Source: Alphaproteobacteria bacterium (GTDB lineage Bacteria; Pseudomonadota; Alphaproteobacteria; UBA828). Taken from it: DNA of 64,000 nt. The DNA lies in NCBI GenBank assembly GCA_963667785.2, contig CAXXMU010000006.1, positions 1,141,779-1,205,778 of the forward strand. The letters are read 5' to 3'. The notes below the pieces were generated by a model. The model made no database searches and was not told the DNA's origin. It saw only the letters and a program-made list of their open reading frames with translations. Position 1 is the stretch's first letter, and each line of letters opens with the position of its first letter. Both the position numbers and the translations under genes were made by a program. Below are positions 53,789-62,922 of this stretch, in pieces.

Positions 53789-54201
53789 GCCAGGCCCTCC
53801 TCCAGGAGCGAGACCCTGAACTCGATGCGGATGGGAATCCCGTTCTCCCGCAGCGAGCGCTCGGTCTCGTCCAGGCGCGTCACCGCCCAGCGGCCGAGGT
53901 ACTCGCCGCTGGAGCCGGCGCTGCCGCCGAGGAAGACGGGCAGCGTCGCGGCGGCGGTGCCCGGCTCGAGCCCCGCCTGGGAGCGCAGGCCCGCCAGCGC
54001 ATCGATATCGGCCGCCTTCTCCACCCACACGGTGCCGCGCAGGTCCACCCGCCCCGCGTCGCGCCCGAGATCCTCGAGCTCGGGCGGGAGGCCGTGTCGC
54101 TGGCGGGGCGCCCAGCGCCGCCGCGAGCGGCGCTGGAGCTCCCGGTACTCGGCACCGCCGGGCGCCACCTCGAAGCGGAAGGTGCCGATCTGCAGCTGCA
54201 T
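53785..54201 (-). CDS. P2 GpU-like tail protein
   Basis: IGTFRF, GEYLGRWAV and RIEFRVSL motifs. Confidence 0.8.
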   Translation of the reverse strand: MQLQIGTFRFEVAPGGAEYRELQRRSRRRWAPRQRHGLPPELEDLGRDAGRVDLRGTVWVEKAADIDALAGLRSQAGLEPGTAAATLPVFLGGSAGSSGEYLGRWAVTRLDETERSLRENGIPIRIEFRVSLLEEGLA

Positions 54202-57101
54202 CAGTTCACCGATTCAGGTGACGGATCGGCGAAGAGCACGTCGCGAATCGTGCGGCTCCTGTCGCGCATCCTGCGCTCGATCTCGTCGGCGACCTCCTCG
54301 GCCACCTCGCGCGGATCGGCGGCGTTCGAGTTCACTTCATTGATGTGGATCGTGACCGTAACGTCGCCCCGCCCGATGTCGAGGCGCCCCCGATTCCTCC
54401 CGGTCGCGGGCTCCTGCTCGGGCGGCCACGGGATCTCCACCACCTCCGGCGGCGGCAGCGCCGGCTCCCACACCTCCGGCCGGTTCTGCCCGACGTCGAG
54501 GCGCCCCCGGTTGCGCGGCCGGAGGCCGACCCCGCGCCAGTTCCCGATCTCCGGTGCCCCAGGCTCCGGCCCTCGCCCGGCCACACGATCGAGCCAATTA
54601 TAGAAACGGCCCGCCGCTTCCGCGCTCTCGGGCGAGACCCAGCCCGGATCGAACACCGCATCCGTGGCGGCGCGGCCCGCGCTCTCGCCCCCCATCCAGC
54701 CGGCCAGGCCGGCCAGGAGCGACCCCCCGAAGCGGACCGGGCCCGGCAGGAACTTCGTGAGCCTGCCGACGGACGCTGCGGCCGCCGTGGAGCCGGCGAG
54801 CCCGCCCATGAGGCCGCCCACCTCGGGCGCGACCCGGTCGCCGGGAATGGCGCCGGTGGCGATGTCGTGGGCCGTGAGGCCCATCATGGCGCCGGCGCTG
54901 GCCGGACCGAGACCGCGGGCGAGCGCGCGAAACAGGCCGCCCCCCCACCTGGCCGAGCCCCTCGTCGGAGCGTTCCTCGGCCGAGCCGCGGGGCCGGAGC
55001 TCGCCGGCTCCGGCCGCATCAGGGACGGAGTGCGTCTGGCCGCCCCCTCGCGGGCGCGCCGCGCGGCCTCCGCCTGCGATCGCGCCAGCGCAAGCTGCCG
55101 CCGCGCCTCGGCCAGGGGGCCGCCCCTCGGCCCGCCGGGACCGCGTCCGCTCAGACGGACCTGGTCTCCCCTCGGGCCGCCGGGCCCTCGGCCGCTGAGC
55201 CGTACCTGATCTCCCCTCGGGCCGCCGGGCCCTCGGCCGCTGAGCCGTACCTGATCTCCCCTGGGACCGCCCAGACCCCGGCCACTGCCGCGCACCTGGT
55301 CGCCTCTCGGGCCGCCGGGGCCTCGGCCGCTGAGCCGCACCTGGTCTCCCCTTGGGCCGCCGGGACCTCGGCCGCTGAGCTGGCGCATGAGGGACACCCT
55401 GCGCTCGCGCGTCAGGGCCGCACTCCGGCGAGCCGCCGCTTCCCGTATTGAGCGCGTCGCCTCCCAATGCGCCGCCTGCTCGCGCGAGCGGGCGATAGCG
55501 AGCTGGCGGCGCGCTTCTGACCAGGCATTGTTGGGTCGTCCCGTGGGGCCGCTTCTCCCGGTGCCGTCCCATGCGTTCCTCGGCCGCGCCGTGGGGCCGA
55601 CGCCGCCCGCCGGCGCTCCGGGCCATGGTCCCTGCGGGCGCCCTCCCGGTCCGCCGCGCCCGGCGAGCCGCCAGAGCAGGCCGCCGGCGGCGCGGAGACC
55701 TCGGAACGCATACCAGGAGCCGGCGAGGAGGCCGGCCCCCACCAGCAGCTCGTCCTTGAACGAGGTGAGCGCCGTCACGACCTCGCCGAGCGGGCCGGTC
55801 AGGTTCTCCTGCATCCAGTCCTCGACGTCGGTCTTGGTCTCCTGGAGTTGTGCGCCGGTCGTCACGGCCATCCTGGCGGCATCCTGCTCCAGCATGTGCG
55901 GCCCCGGCCGGAATCGCCCGAGCACGTCCTGCTGCCCGTCGAAAGAGAGGAAGCGCTCGAAATCCGCCCAGCCTCTCGCCGTCATTAGGGCGGAAATCGC
56001 CCGGATGGCCTCGGCGTCGAAGACCCCGGAAAGGCGCGTGGGATCGCCGCCCGTCGCGGCGGTGACCTCCTTCAGGATCTGGTCGAGCGGGCGGAACGCC
56101 CCGGTGGGGTCGCGCACGTTGACGCCGAACTCTGCCCATATGGCGTCGATCTTCTGCGCATCGGAGAGCGTGCGCAGCAGCGCCTCCACGGCGGTAGCTG
56201 CCTGCTCGCTGGAGCCGGTGGACTGGCGGGCCATCTGGGAGATCGCACCGAGCTGGCGGACGGCATCCTCCCCCTGATAGCCGAGGCGGCTGAAGGCCGA
56301 GAACAGGCGCTCGCCCTGGGCCGCCATGTTGCCGAGCGTGAACGCGCCGGACTTGCCCTGCGCGGTGAGGAGGTTGAGCGCCCGCGCGACCCCGGCGGGA
56401 TCGGCGATGCCCAGCTTGCGCAGCTCGGCAGAGAGGCGCCCGAGAGCGTCGCCGGTGCCGCCCGAGCCCTGAATCGACTGCGCGATCAGCAGGAGGTTGT
56501 CCCGCGCGAAGTCGAGATCCCCGGTCTTCTCGACGATCGCCTCCACGGCGGCGAGAAGCTGGGACGGGTCGAGCCGGATCTCGGGCAGATTGGCGGTCGC
56601 GTACACCTCCTTGCGAAGCCGCTGCATATCTTCCGTGGAGCGGCCGGCCTGGATGCCGAGCCGCTCCACGCGCTGCTCTGTAGTCATGATGCGCCGGAGG
56701 CCGGCGGCGACGGCGAAAGCGCCCCCGCCGACGCCTAGAATGCCCGCGACACCGCCGACGCCGCCGCGCAGCCGCCCGGCCGCGCGGGCCGTGAGGCCCA
56801 TCTCGGTGCGGTAGCCCCTCAGTTTCCGGGTGAGGCGACCGACGGCCTGCTCGCCGTCGCGCCCGGTGCCCCGGAGCGTGCGGCCCAGGCGCTGCGCCTC
56901 CTCGGCGGTCCGGCGCACTTCGCGCCGCGCGCCGCGGGAGCCCTCGGCGACGCGCCGGCCCATGAGCGAGGCGTCTCCGGCCGCCTTCCGGAAGAAGCCG
57001 CCGAGGCGTCCGGTGTCCTTCGCGGCCGCCTTCGCGCCCCGGCGGAAGCGGCCGGCGGCGAGGTCGAGGAAGACGCCTACGCGGTAGGTGGAATCGGTCA
57101 T
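54201..57101 (-). CDS. tape measure protein (myophage-type) with internal tandem repeats
   Basis: QGKSGAFTLGNMA and SSEQAATAVEAL motifs; position between GpE and GpU. Confidence 0.85.
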   Translation of the reverse strand: MTDSTYRVGVFLDLAAGRFRRGAKAAAKDTGRLGGFFRKAAGDASLMGRRVAEGSRGARREVRRTAEEAQRLGRTLRGTGRDGEQAVGRLTRKLRGYRTEMGLTARAAGRLRGGVGGVAGILGVGGGAFAVAAGLRRIMTTEQRVERLGIQAGRSTEDMQRLRKEVYATANLPEIRLDPSQLLAAVEAIVEKTGDLDFARDNLLLIAQSIQGSGGTGDALGRLSAELRKLGIADPAGVARALNLLTAQGKSGAFTLGNMAAQGERLFSAFSRLGYQGEDAVRQLGAISQMARQSTGSSEQAATAVEALLRTLSDAQKIDAIWAEFGVNVRDPTGAFRPLDQILKEVTAATGGDPTRLSGVFDAEAIRAISALMTARGWADFERFLSFDGQQDVLGRFRPGPHMLEQDAARMAVTTGAQLQETKTDVEDWMQENLTGPLGEVVTALTSFKDELLVGAGLLAGSWYAFRGLRAAGGLLWRLAGRGGPGGRPQGPWPGAPAGGVGPTARPRNAWDGTGRSGPTGRPNNAWSEARRQLAIARSREQAAHWEATRSIREAAARRSAALTRERRVSLMRQLSGRGPGGPRGDQVRLSGRGPGGPRGDQVRGSGRGLGGPRGDQVRLSGRGPGGPRGDQVRLSGRGPGGPRGDQVRLSGRGPGGPRGGPLAEARRQLALARSQAEAARRAREGAARRTPSLMRPEPASSGPAARPRNAPTRGSARWGGGLFRALARGLGPASAGAMMGLTAHDIATGAIPGDRVAPEVGGLMGGLAGSTAAAASVGRLTKFLPGPVRFGGSLLAGLAGWMGGESAGRAATDAVFDPGWVSPESAEAAGRFYNWLDRVAGRGPEPGAPEIGNWRGVGLRPRNRGRLDVGQNRPEVWEPALPPPEVVEIPWPPEQEPATGRNRGRLDIGRGDVTVTIHINEVNSNAADPREVAEEVADEIERRMRDRSRTIRDVLFADPSPESVN
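55122..55380 (-). repeat. 45-bp coding tandem repeat (QVRLSGRGPGGPRGD)
   Basis: Five full units plus a partial unit within the TMP. Confidence 0.9.
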
Positions 57102-57289
57102 CAGCGCCGCCGGTTCAGCGCCGCCGCCTCATCGAGCCAGGCGACGAGATCGGCGGGCGTCTGGTCTAGGAGGTCGCAGAGGCCCCAGCCGGTTGATCGG
57201 TTGAGGATGAGGACGGCGCGCCTGATGCCGCCGTCGATGCGGGGTCGCCGGAGGGTTCCTGCGGCCCGGCATCGCTCGAGAAAAAACCC
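57101..57289 (-). CDS. GpE' frameshift extension
   Basis: Slippery GGGTTTTTTC (57289-57280); -1 frame gives ...STGWGLCDLLDQTPADLVAW. Confidence 0.6.
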   Translation of the reverse strand, partial: GFFLERCRAAGTLRRPRIDGGIRRAVLILNRSTGWGLCDLLDQTPADLVAWLDEAAALNRRR

Positions 57290-57525
57290 AGGTCGGACTC
57301 GCCGATGATGCGACGGTAGTCGCCGGCGTCGATCTTGCCGACGTCGGCGAAGTTGATGCCGGCGCACTGGGCCAGGAGCGCGGCATCCTGGCCGACGTAG
57401 CCGGGCTGGCGCTCGGCCGCGATCAGGTCCTTCACCAGGGGGCGCCGCAGGGTCAGGCTGGAGACGGTCTTGCCGTCGATCTCGATCGGATGGGTGAGCG
57501 TGACGGTGATCTGGTCTTCGGTCAC
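57166..57525 (-). CDS. tail assembly chaperone (GpE/gp41-like)
   Basis: LTHPIEIDG...LTLRRPLVKDL...IDAGDY. Confidence 0.8.
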   Translation of the reverse strand: MTEDQITVTLTHPIEIDGKTVSSLTLRRPLVKDLIAAERQPGYVGQDAALLAQCAGINFADVGKIDAGDYRRIIGESDLGFFSSDAGPQEPSGDPASTAASGAPSSSSTDQPAGASATS

Positions 57526-58079
57526 GTGCCTATGCTCCCGCCCCTGCCGGCGCGCCCGCGGCGCAGCAGGCTGCTGAGGCCGGCGTTGACGTCGGTGCCG
57601 GCGATGCGGTGGATGTTCCGCTCGAGGTCGATGTGGCGCTGCTCGGTGCCGTCGATGAGGTGGGTCAGCGTCCGGAGCGAGACGGTGTACTCGCAGCGGC
57701 CGCCTCCGCCTCCGCCCGCGCCGCCTCCGCCCGAAACCTCGCCGAGGCTCTGGCGCGTCCAGAGGCCGGCGAGCCGGTACTCGACCACGCGGGGCGTCGT
57801 GCCGTCGGTCGAGACCTTGTTGAAGAGGATCGGGACGTCGACGGCGTCCGGCCGGCCGACGAGCGTCTCCAGCGCCGGATAGGAATCGCCCATGACGAAG
57901 GTCGCCTCGAGCTTCTCCAGTCGGCCGGTGGGGATGTCGATCGTCCCGCCGTGGCCCGGCATGTTCGATTCCTCGACCTCGAGCACGATATCGGGCGGCG
58001 TGAAGCTCTCGGCCACCCCGATGTACTCGATGCCGTCCACGTAGACGGCGAAGCCGTGGAGGACCTTCCTGAGCGCCAT
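57522..58079 (-). CDS. contractile tail tube protein (FII-like)
   Basis: VYVDGIEYIG, LEKLEATF and IDLERNI..IAGTD motifs. Confidence 0.85.
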   Translation of the reverse strand: MALRKVLHGFAVYVDGIEYIGVAESFTPPDIVLEVEESNMPGHGGTIDIPTGRLEKLEATFVMGDSYPALETLVGRPDAVDVPILFNKVSTDGTTPRVVEYRLAGLWTRQSLGEVSGGGGAGGGGGGRCEYTVSLRTLTHLIDGTEQRHIDLERNIHRIAGTDVNAGLSSLLRRGRAGRGGSIGT

Positions 58080-58083
58080 CGGC

Positions 58084-59931
58084 CTATGCCCCCGTCAGCT
58101 GCTCGATGATGCGGGCGTTGTAGACGCCGGACACCGACTGCCGGAACGTCAGCTGCTCGGCCACGGCGTGGAGGCCGCAGTCGAAGCTGAAGGTGACCTG
58201 GTTGGCCTCCAGGGTCTCCGGCGTGTTGTACTCCGCGTCGAACCAGGCCCGCCCGCCCGTGATGATCCCGGCGAGGGTCCGGCCGCGCAGGAAGCTGTTC
58301 ATGCGGTCGAGGATGAACTCGACGAAGGGCACGTCGACGTTGCGGTCGATCCAGTCGGCGACAAACGAGAGCAGCGCGTCGCCGATCAGGTGGCGCACCC
58401 GGCGGTGCGTGATCAGCTCGCCGTCGGCGAGCCGGTTGCCCCACAGGTAGAGCCCGTTGCCGCGCCGGATCGCCGTGACGATGAAGGCCCGCGACAGCAG
58501 GTTGGCGGTGGACGTCCGGCCGTCGATCTGCCAGTCGATCGCGACCGAGGTGCCGGCCACGTCCTGGAGCTGCCGGTTCGACGGCGAGGCGGCGTAGGAC
58601 TCCTCGCCGTCGACGCGGACGATATGGCCGACGGTGAGCGCCGCCGCCCAGCGGTCGACGAGGGTGCCGGCCGCGGCGTCGAATACCTTGAACTTCGGCC
58701 AGACACAGTAGGCGTGGGCGAGAGAGGACCGCGAGGCGAGGGCGGCCGAATAGTCCGCGCCGGCGAGCGCCACGACGGGGATCGCGCGCAGCTTGTCGGC
58801 CGCCGCCTCGAGCGCGAGCGCGGCCGCAGTCGTCTGCAGGGCCGGCGCCGCGATCAGCCGGGGCTTGAGGCCGGTGCGCGCCTCCGCGGCGAGCAGGGCG
58901 TAGACGCCGGTGTAGGCGCCCGCGGCCCTCGAGCCGATGATGTTGGCGGCGGTGTCGTCGGCCGTGCGCACGACGACGATGGTGGCGCCGCCCCGCCCGG
59001 CGGTGCGCCAGACGTCCGCGATCGCCTCGGGGAGCGAGCCGGCGGTGCCGAGCTGCGCGGCGTGGGCCGCGTTCCGGATCGCGGTCGGCGTGTTCAGCGG
59101 GAACGGCTCGTCCATGCCGCCGGCGAGCGCCGTGCGGCCGACGGGCGAGAGGGTGGCGCTGCCGTCGGAGCCGGGAGAGCTGGCGATCGCGACGAGCGCG
59201 CGCGCGGCCGCGTAGGCCTGGGTCGCCCACGCGGCGACGAGCGCCGCGCCCGTGGTGTGCACCGCGCCGTCGGCGTCGGTCGCCAGCGAGACGGTGATGT
59301 TGCGGCCCTCGACGGCGACGCTGAGCGCCTGGGAGACGAGGTTCGGACGGAACAGCTCCAGGGTGATGCCGTTGCCGGCGACACCCCCCTGCGGGCGGGC
59401 GTCGGCGCCGCCCGCGAGCGCGGTCTTGGCGTGGGCGGCAACCGTGCCGGTGCCGTCCGAGCCTGCGGCGTCCGCGGCCGTGACCAGTGCCGAGGCGCCG
59501 GCGTGCGCGTTCACGGCCGCCAGGACCTCCGCGCCGGTGCTGGTGATGGCGCCTGCGTTGCCGGTCGCCAGCGAGACGGTGATGTCGCGGCCCGCTACGG
59601 CGACGGTCAGCGGAGAGCTGTTCGCGCCCGGATCGGCGAGCGCGACGGTGATGGTGTTGCCGGCCGCGCCGGCAGCGTCCGCCGCGAACTCCAGCCCCGC
59701 GTTGCCCGCGCCGACCTCCAGCCTGGCGATCAGCGCGGCGACCTGCGCCGCCGCCGTGAACGTCAGCCCCGCGTTGCCCTGGCCGACGGCCAGCTTCGCG
59801 GCTACGGCCGCCTGTGCGTTCGTGGCCGCCCCGACAAGACCGACGATCGAGCTCGGGCCGACCGTGATCGGCGCCGTCTGGTCCGGAAGATACAGGACCT
59901 CCGCGCCGTGAAGATCGATCTGAGCATTCAT
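58084..59931 (-). CDS. tail sheath protein (FI-like) with inserted repeats
   Basis: SIVGLVG, FPLNTP, KPRLIAAP, SPSN and LWGNR motifs. Confidence 0.88.
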   Translation of the reverse strand: MNAQIDLHGAEVLYLPDQTAPITVGPSSIVGLVGAATNAQAAVAAKLAVGQGNAGLTFTAAAQVAALIARLEVGAGNAGLEFAADAAGAAGNTITVALADPGANSSPLTVAVAGRDITVSLATGNAGAITSTGAEVLAAVNAHAGASALVTAADAAGSDGTGTVAAHAKTALAGGADARPQGGVAGNGITLELFRPNLVSQALSVAVEGRNITVSLATDADGAVHTTGAALVAAWATQAYAAARALVAIASSPGSDGSATLSPVGRTALAGGMDEPFPLNTPTAIRNAAHAAQLGTAGSLPEAIADVWRTAGRGGATIVVVRTADDTAANIIGSRAAGAYTGVYALLAAEARTGLKPRLIAAPALQTTAAALALEAAADKLRAIPVVALAGADYSAALASRSSLAHAYCVWPKFKVFDAAAGTLVDRWAAALTVGHIVRVDGEESYAASPSNRQLQDVAGTSVAIDWQIDGRTSTANLLSRAFIVTAIRRGNGLYLWGNRLADGELITHRRVRHLIGDALLSFVADWIDRNVDVPFVEFILDRMNSFLRGRTLAGIITGGRAWFDAEYNTPETLEANQVTFSFDCGLHAVAEQLTFRQSVSGVYNARIIEQLTGA

Positions 59932-59974
59932 GCGCAGAGGCTACACCGGGATCGGCAGGGTTTTTGTTCCAAAA

Positions 59975-60235
59975 CTAGACCCAGAAGTGGCCACCCGAGA
60001 GCGCGGTCAGAATCTCGTCCGCCTGGCCGGAGGTCCCGCCGGCCTCTTCGACGGCGACGCGGACGTGGCGTGCGAATTGTTCTGCCGCGTTCCGGGGCTG
60101 CGCCTCCGCCGCGCAACGGCGCCTCTTGGACGGCATGTAGAGGCGCGCGCCCTTCCAGCGCTGGGAGATGGCCGAATCGACGTGGCGGAAGACGTCGTCC
60201 GGCAGCGCTGCGCATGCGATCTCCTGGAATTTCAT
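59975..60235 (-). CDS. small protein resembling Mor/C activator N-terminal domain
   Basis: WKGARLYMP resembles the Mor GGxxxYIP motif; sits between gemA and the late tail genes. Confidence 0.4.
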   Translation of the reverse strand: MKFQEIACAALPDDVFRHVDSAISQRWKGARLYMPSKRRRCAAEAQPRNAAEQFARHVRVAVEEAGGTSGQADEILTALSGGHFWV

Positions 60236-60262
60236 CTCCCCCCCCCCCCCCGGCTATGATCG

Positions 60263-60532
60263 TCACGCATGGCCACGGCGTCGATCCGACCCCTGGCGAG
60301 GGCGGTCCGAGCGCGATCTCTCCGGCGCCGCGCCCGATCCGGCCGGCTGCTGCGCCTCCGGCGCATGGCACGGGGCGCGGCAGGCCTCCATGGAATCGAG
60401 GCCTGCGCCGCACTCGCCCTCGCAGCGCCGGCAGTACCGCTCTCCATGCACGACGCAGGCGCGCTGGTGCGGCTTGACGGTGGCGCCGCAGCACGGACAC
60501 GGCGGGCGCTCAGCTTTCCGGCTGATCGGCAT
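60263..60532 (-). CDS. small Cys-rich protein
   Basis: CPCCG...CVVH...CRRC. Confidence 0.4.
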   Translation of the reverse strand: MPISRKAERPPCPCCGATVKPHQRACVVHGERYCRRCEGECGAGLDSMEACRAPCHAPEAQQPAGSGAAPERSRSDRPRQGSDRRRGHA

Positions 60533-60797
60533 CTGCGTCGGCTTCGATCGCGTTGCGAGGCTGGTGGATCGCCAGGCGCCCGGTCGACATCCAGGTCGGA
60601 TGCCCGGTGTCGCGCGCGTGCTTCCGGGCAGCGGAGGCAGCGGGCCGACCCTCCCAGAACTGCCCGCAGCGGTGGCATCCCGCCGTCGGCGTAATCGCGG
60701 CGCTGCTTCGATAGACCCCGTCGACGTACTCGAGCCGGACCTTCGCGCCATGGTCGACGGACGGCGCCTCCGGGAACGCCCGGCGACGCCTAGCCAT
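60510..60797 (-). CDS. small protein with CxxC...H...H zinc-finger-like motif
   Basis: CHRCG...KHARDTGH. Confidence 0.45.
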   Translation of the reverse strand: MARRRRAFPEAPSVDHGAKVRLEYVDGVYRSSAAITPTAGCHRCGQFWEGRPAASAARKHARDTGHPTWMSTGRLAIHQPRNAIEADADADQPES

Positions 60798-61455
60798 TGC
60801 CGCGCGCCTCGCGGATCTGCGTGGCGAGATCCTGCATCAGCGCGACCGCCTCGCGGTCGCGGAGCTCGGTATGCGTGCCCGCGTGCGCGAGCCGGCCGTG
60901 CCGGGTGGCGTAGCTCGCGAGCGCGCTCAGGTCGGGATTGCGCACCCAGCCCAGCTTGTGCAGCAGGCGCCACTGCGCCTCGAGGACGCGGGCCTGCGGG
61001 TTGTGCACCTCGCGATCCACGCCGTCGCGGCCGAGGATGACGTAGGGCGACCAGTCCACGCCGGCCTCCCGCGTGAGCCAGAGCTTCATCGCGTCCACCG
61101 CCTTCGCGAGCTGGCCCGGCTTCGCCCACTGCGCCGCGTCCACCTTGGCCTGGCGGCGCAGCCAGGCGCAGAGGGCGCTGTCGCGGCGGTCCTCGATCAC
61201 GCCGAGGCAGTAGCCGCTGATCCAGAGCGCCTGCAGCTTCCGCGCCGACGCGTGGTCCGGCAGGCGGTCCCGGCCCTCGCCCATGGCGGCGACGACGCTG
61301 CGGAGCTCCGAGGCGGACATGTCGGCGCAGCTCTCCTTGCCGACGGCGCGGACCTGCAGCGCCCGGCGCTCGTCGGTATCGATGCCGAGGCGGCGCGCCT
61401 CGGCGTGCACCTGCTTGATCAGGCGCTTGCGCTCGTCGGAGGCGGGCGCGGTCAC
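60790..61455 (-). CDS. gemA: Mu gp16/GemA (DUF1018) regulatory protein
   Basis: LIKQVH..ARRLG, GKESCADMS, KLQALW and AVDAMKLW motifs. Confidence 0.8.
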   Translation of the reverse strand: MTAPASDERKRLIKQVHAEARRLGIDTDERRALQVRAVGKESCADMSASELRSVVAAMGEGRDRLPDHASARKLQALWISGYCLGVIEDRRDSALCAWLRRQAKVDAAQWAKPGQLAKAVDAMKLWLTREAGVDWSPYVILGRDGVDREVHNPQARVLEAQWRLLHKLGWVRNPDLSALASYATRHGRLAHAGTHTELRDREAVALMQDLATQIREARGNG

Positions 61456-61992
61456 GGCGCATCTCCCTCAGCGCCACGTCCCAGATAGGGCCTGGGCATG
61501 ACGGTCTTCCTCACATAGAGCGGGTGCCGCGGCATCCCGCCCTCGGTCAGGCCCAGGCACATCGGGGTGATGTCCGGCCAGTCGAGCCAGTCGAGCGCGT
61601 GCTCGTCCTGGTCCATGTGGGAGCCGCGAGCGCCCCAGGCGCAGAGAACGAGCGGCGCAGGCCGGCCGCGCAGCTTCCCCAGCACCTCGTCGAAGGCGTC
61701 CTTGTTGTCCGGCCCGACCGGATCGTCGGCCGCGAGCATGGCCTTGGGGTCGGTGGCCCGGACCGCGAACAGGTTCAGCATCTGGAGGCCGCCGCAGTCC
61801 CAGCGCCTCGCGTAGTCGATGCAGCGCCGGATGGTGGGATCGTCGACGGTCTCGTCCGCCGTGGAGGGATTGAGCCCGACCCACGACGAGCAGCCGGGCA
61901 TCATCCGACCAGATGCGCCAGAGCTTGTAGCGCCAGCGCCGGCACGGCGAGAAGGACGCGCCCTTGCGGACGAGGAGGTCGGGCGCGGTCAC
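61452..61992 (-). pseudogene. DUF1643-family protein, frameshifted near 61884
   Basis: FSPCRRWRYKLWRIW in one frame; VGLNPSTADETVDDPTIRRC...PRHPLY in another. Confidence 0.75.
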
Positions 61993-62258
61993 GACTTCGC
62001 CTCAGCCCGCCTCAGGAACGGCGGTATGGCGAGCGGGTCGCCCGCCTCTTCGCTCGCCCCCCCCCGGGGGGGGCGGGTCCGCGTCGTCGGCCACCGGGAC
62101 GATGTGCACCTCGCGGCCCTGGCATAGCAGCATCTCGGCTCTGCCGGCTGCAGCGGTCGACGTGGCGTACTCACGCTCGAATTCCGTGATGCCGCCATCG
62201 GTCTTTTGCCCTCTCGCCCGGCGCGCTCGCCCAGATCTGGAATTTCATATCCGCGCTC

Positions 62259-62480
62259 CTAGTGCTTGGCGCTCTCGGGCACGCCCGCCCCGATGCAGCC
62301 GTCGCAGAAAACCCACATGGTCACGGTGTCGGGGCTGTAGACCTCCAGCGGCACCTCGTCGTCGCCGATCTCCGCGCCACAGCGGCTGCAGACGTCGCCC
62401 ATCACCCAGCGGTGCGGGCGATCGCTCGTCAGGATGCCGCCGGGCACGAACTCGTCGATCGAGGGACGGCCGGCGCTCAT
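62259..62480 (-). CDS. small Cys-rich protein
   Basis: CSRCG...FCDGC; paralog-like to the adjacent ORF (both share PxGILxSDRP). Confidence 0.45.
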   Translation of the reverse strand: MSAGRPSIDEFVPGGILTSDRPHRWVMGDVCSRCGAEIGDDEVPLEVYSPDTVTMWVFCDGCIGAGVPESAKH

Positions 62481-62503
62481 GCGGCGCCTCTGGGGGGGGG
62501 CGC

Positions 62504-62719
62504 TCAACTCAGCCCCTCCCGCCTGTAGCCGCCCGAGCCGGAGCAGATCGCGCAGTAGATCCACAGGAGGCCGTCCTCCCGCGACAGCACCGTCGTCGAT
62601 CCCTCGCCGGCCTCGATCTCGCGACCGCAGCGGGAGCAGCCCTCGATCTCGACCGGATAGGGGCGGTCACTCGGCAGGATGCCGTAAGGCATCGGACTCG
62701 TCCGGGGGGGGGCGCTCAT
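62504..62719 (-). CDS. small Cys-rich protein
   Basis: PYGILPSDRP...CSRCG...YCAIC. Confidence 0.45.
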   Translation of the reverse strand: MSAPPRTSPMPYGILPSDRPYPVEIEGCSRCGREIEAGEGSTTVLSREDGLLWIYCAICSGSGGYRREGLS

Positions 62720-62922
62720 GACGCGCCCCGCACCACGCCCTGGGCGCCCGCGCCGGCGAAGGCCGCGCGGACCGGCGGCCAGGCGCCGCCGGAATCGCAG
62801 GGCACGTCCTCGTCGCAGAAGCTGCAGATGCGGGGATCGCGCGGCGACCAGGCGCAGGCGTCGCCGTGGTCGTCGACGCAGGCCCACTCCTCGGTGCAGC
62901 CGCAGATCAGGCAGCGCTTCAC
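62716..62922 (-). CDS. small Cys-rich protein
   Basis: CLICGCTEEWAC...CAW...ICSFC. Confidence 0.5.
   Translation of the reverse strand: MKRCLICGCTEEWACVDDHGDACAWSPRDPRICSFCDEDVPCDSGGAWPPVRAAFAGAGAQGVVRGAS

Noticed and set aside
58168-60477. 769-aa plus-strand ORF
   Set aside because: Antisense shadow of the sheath gene.
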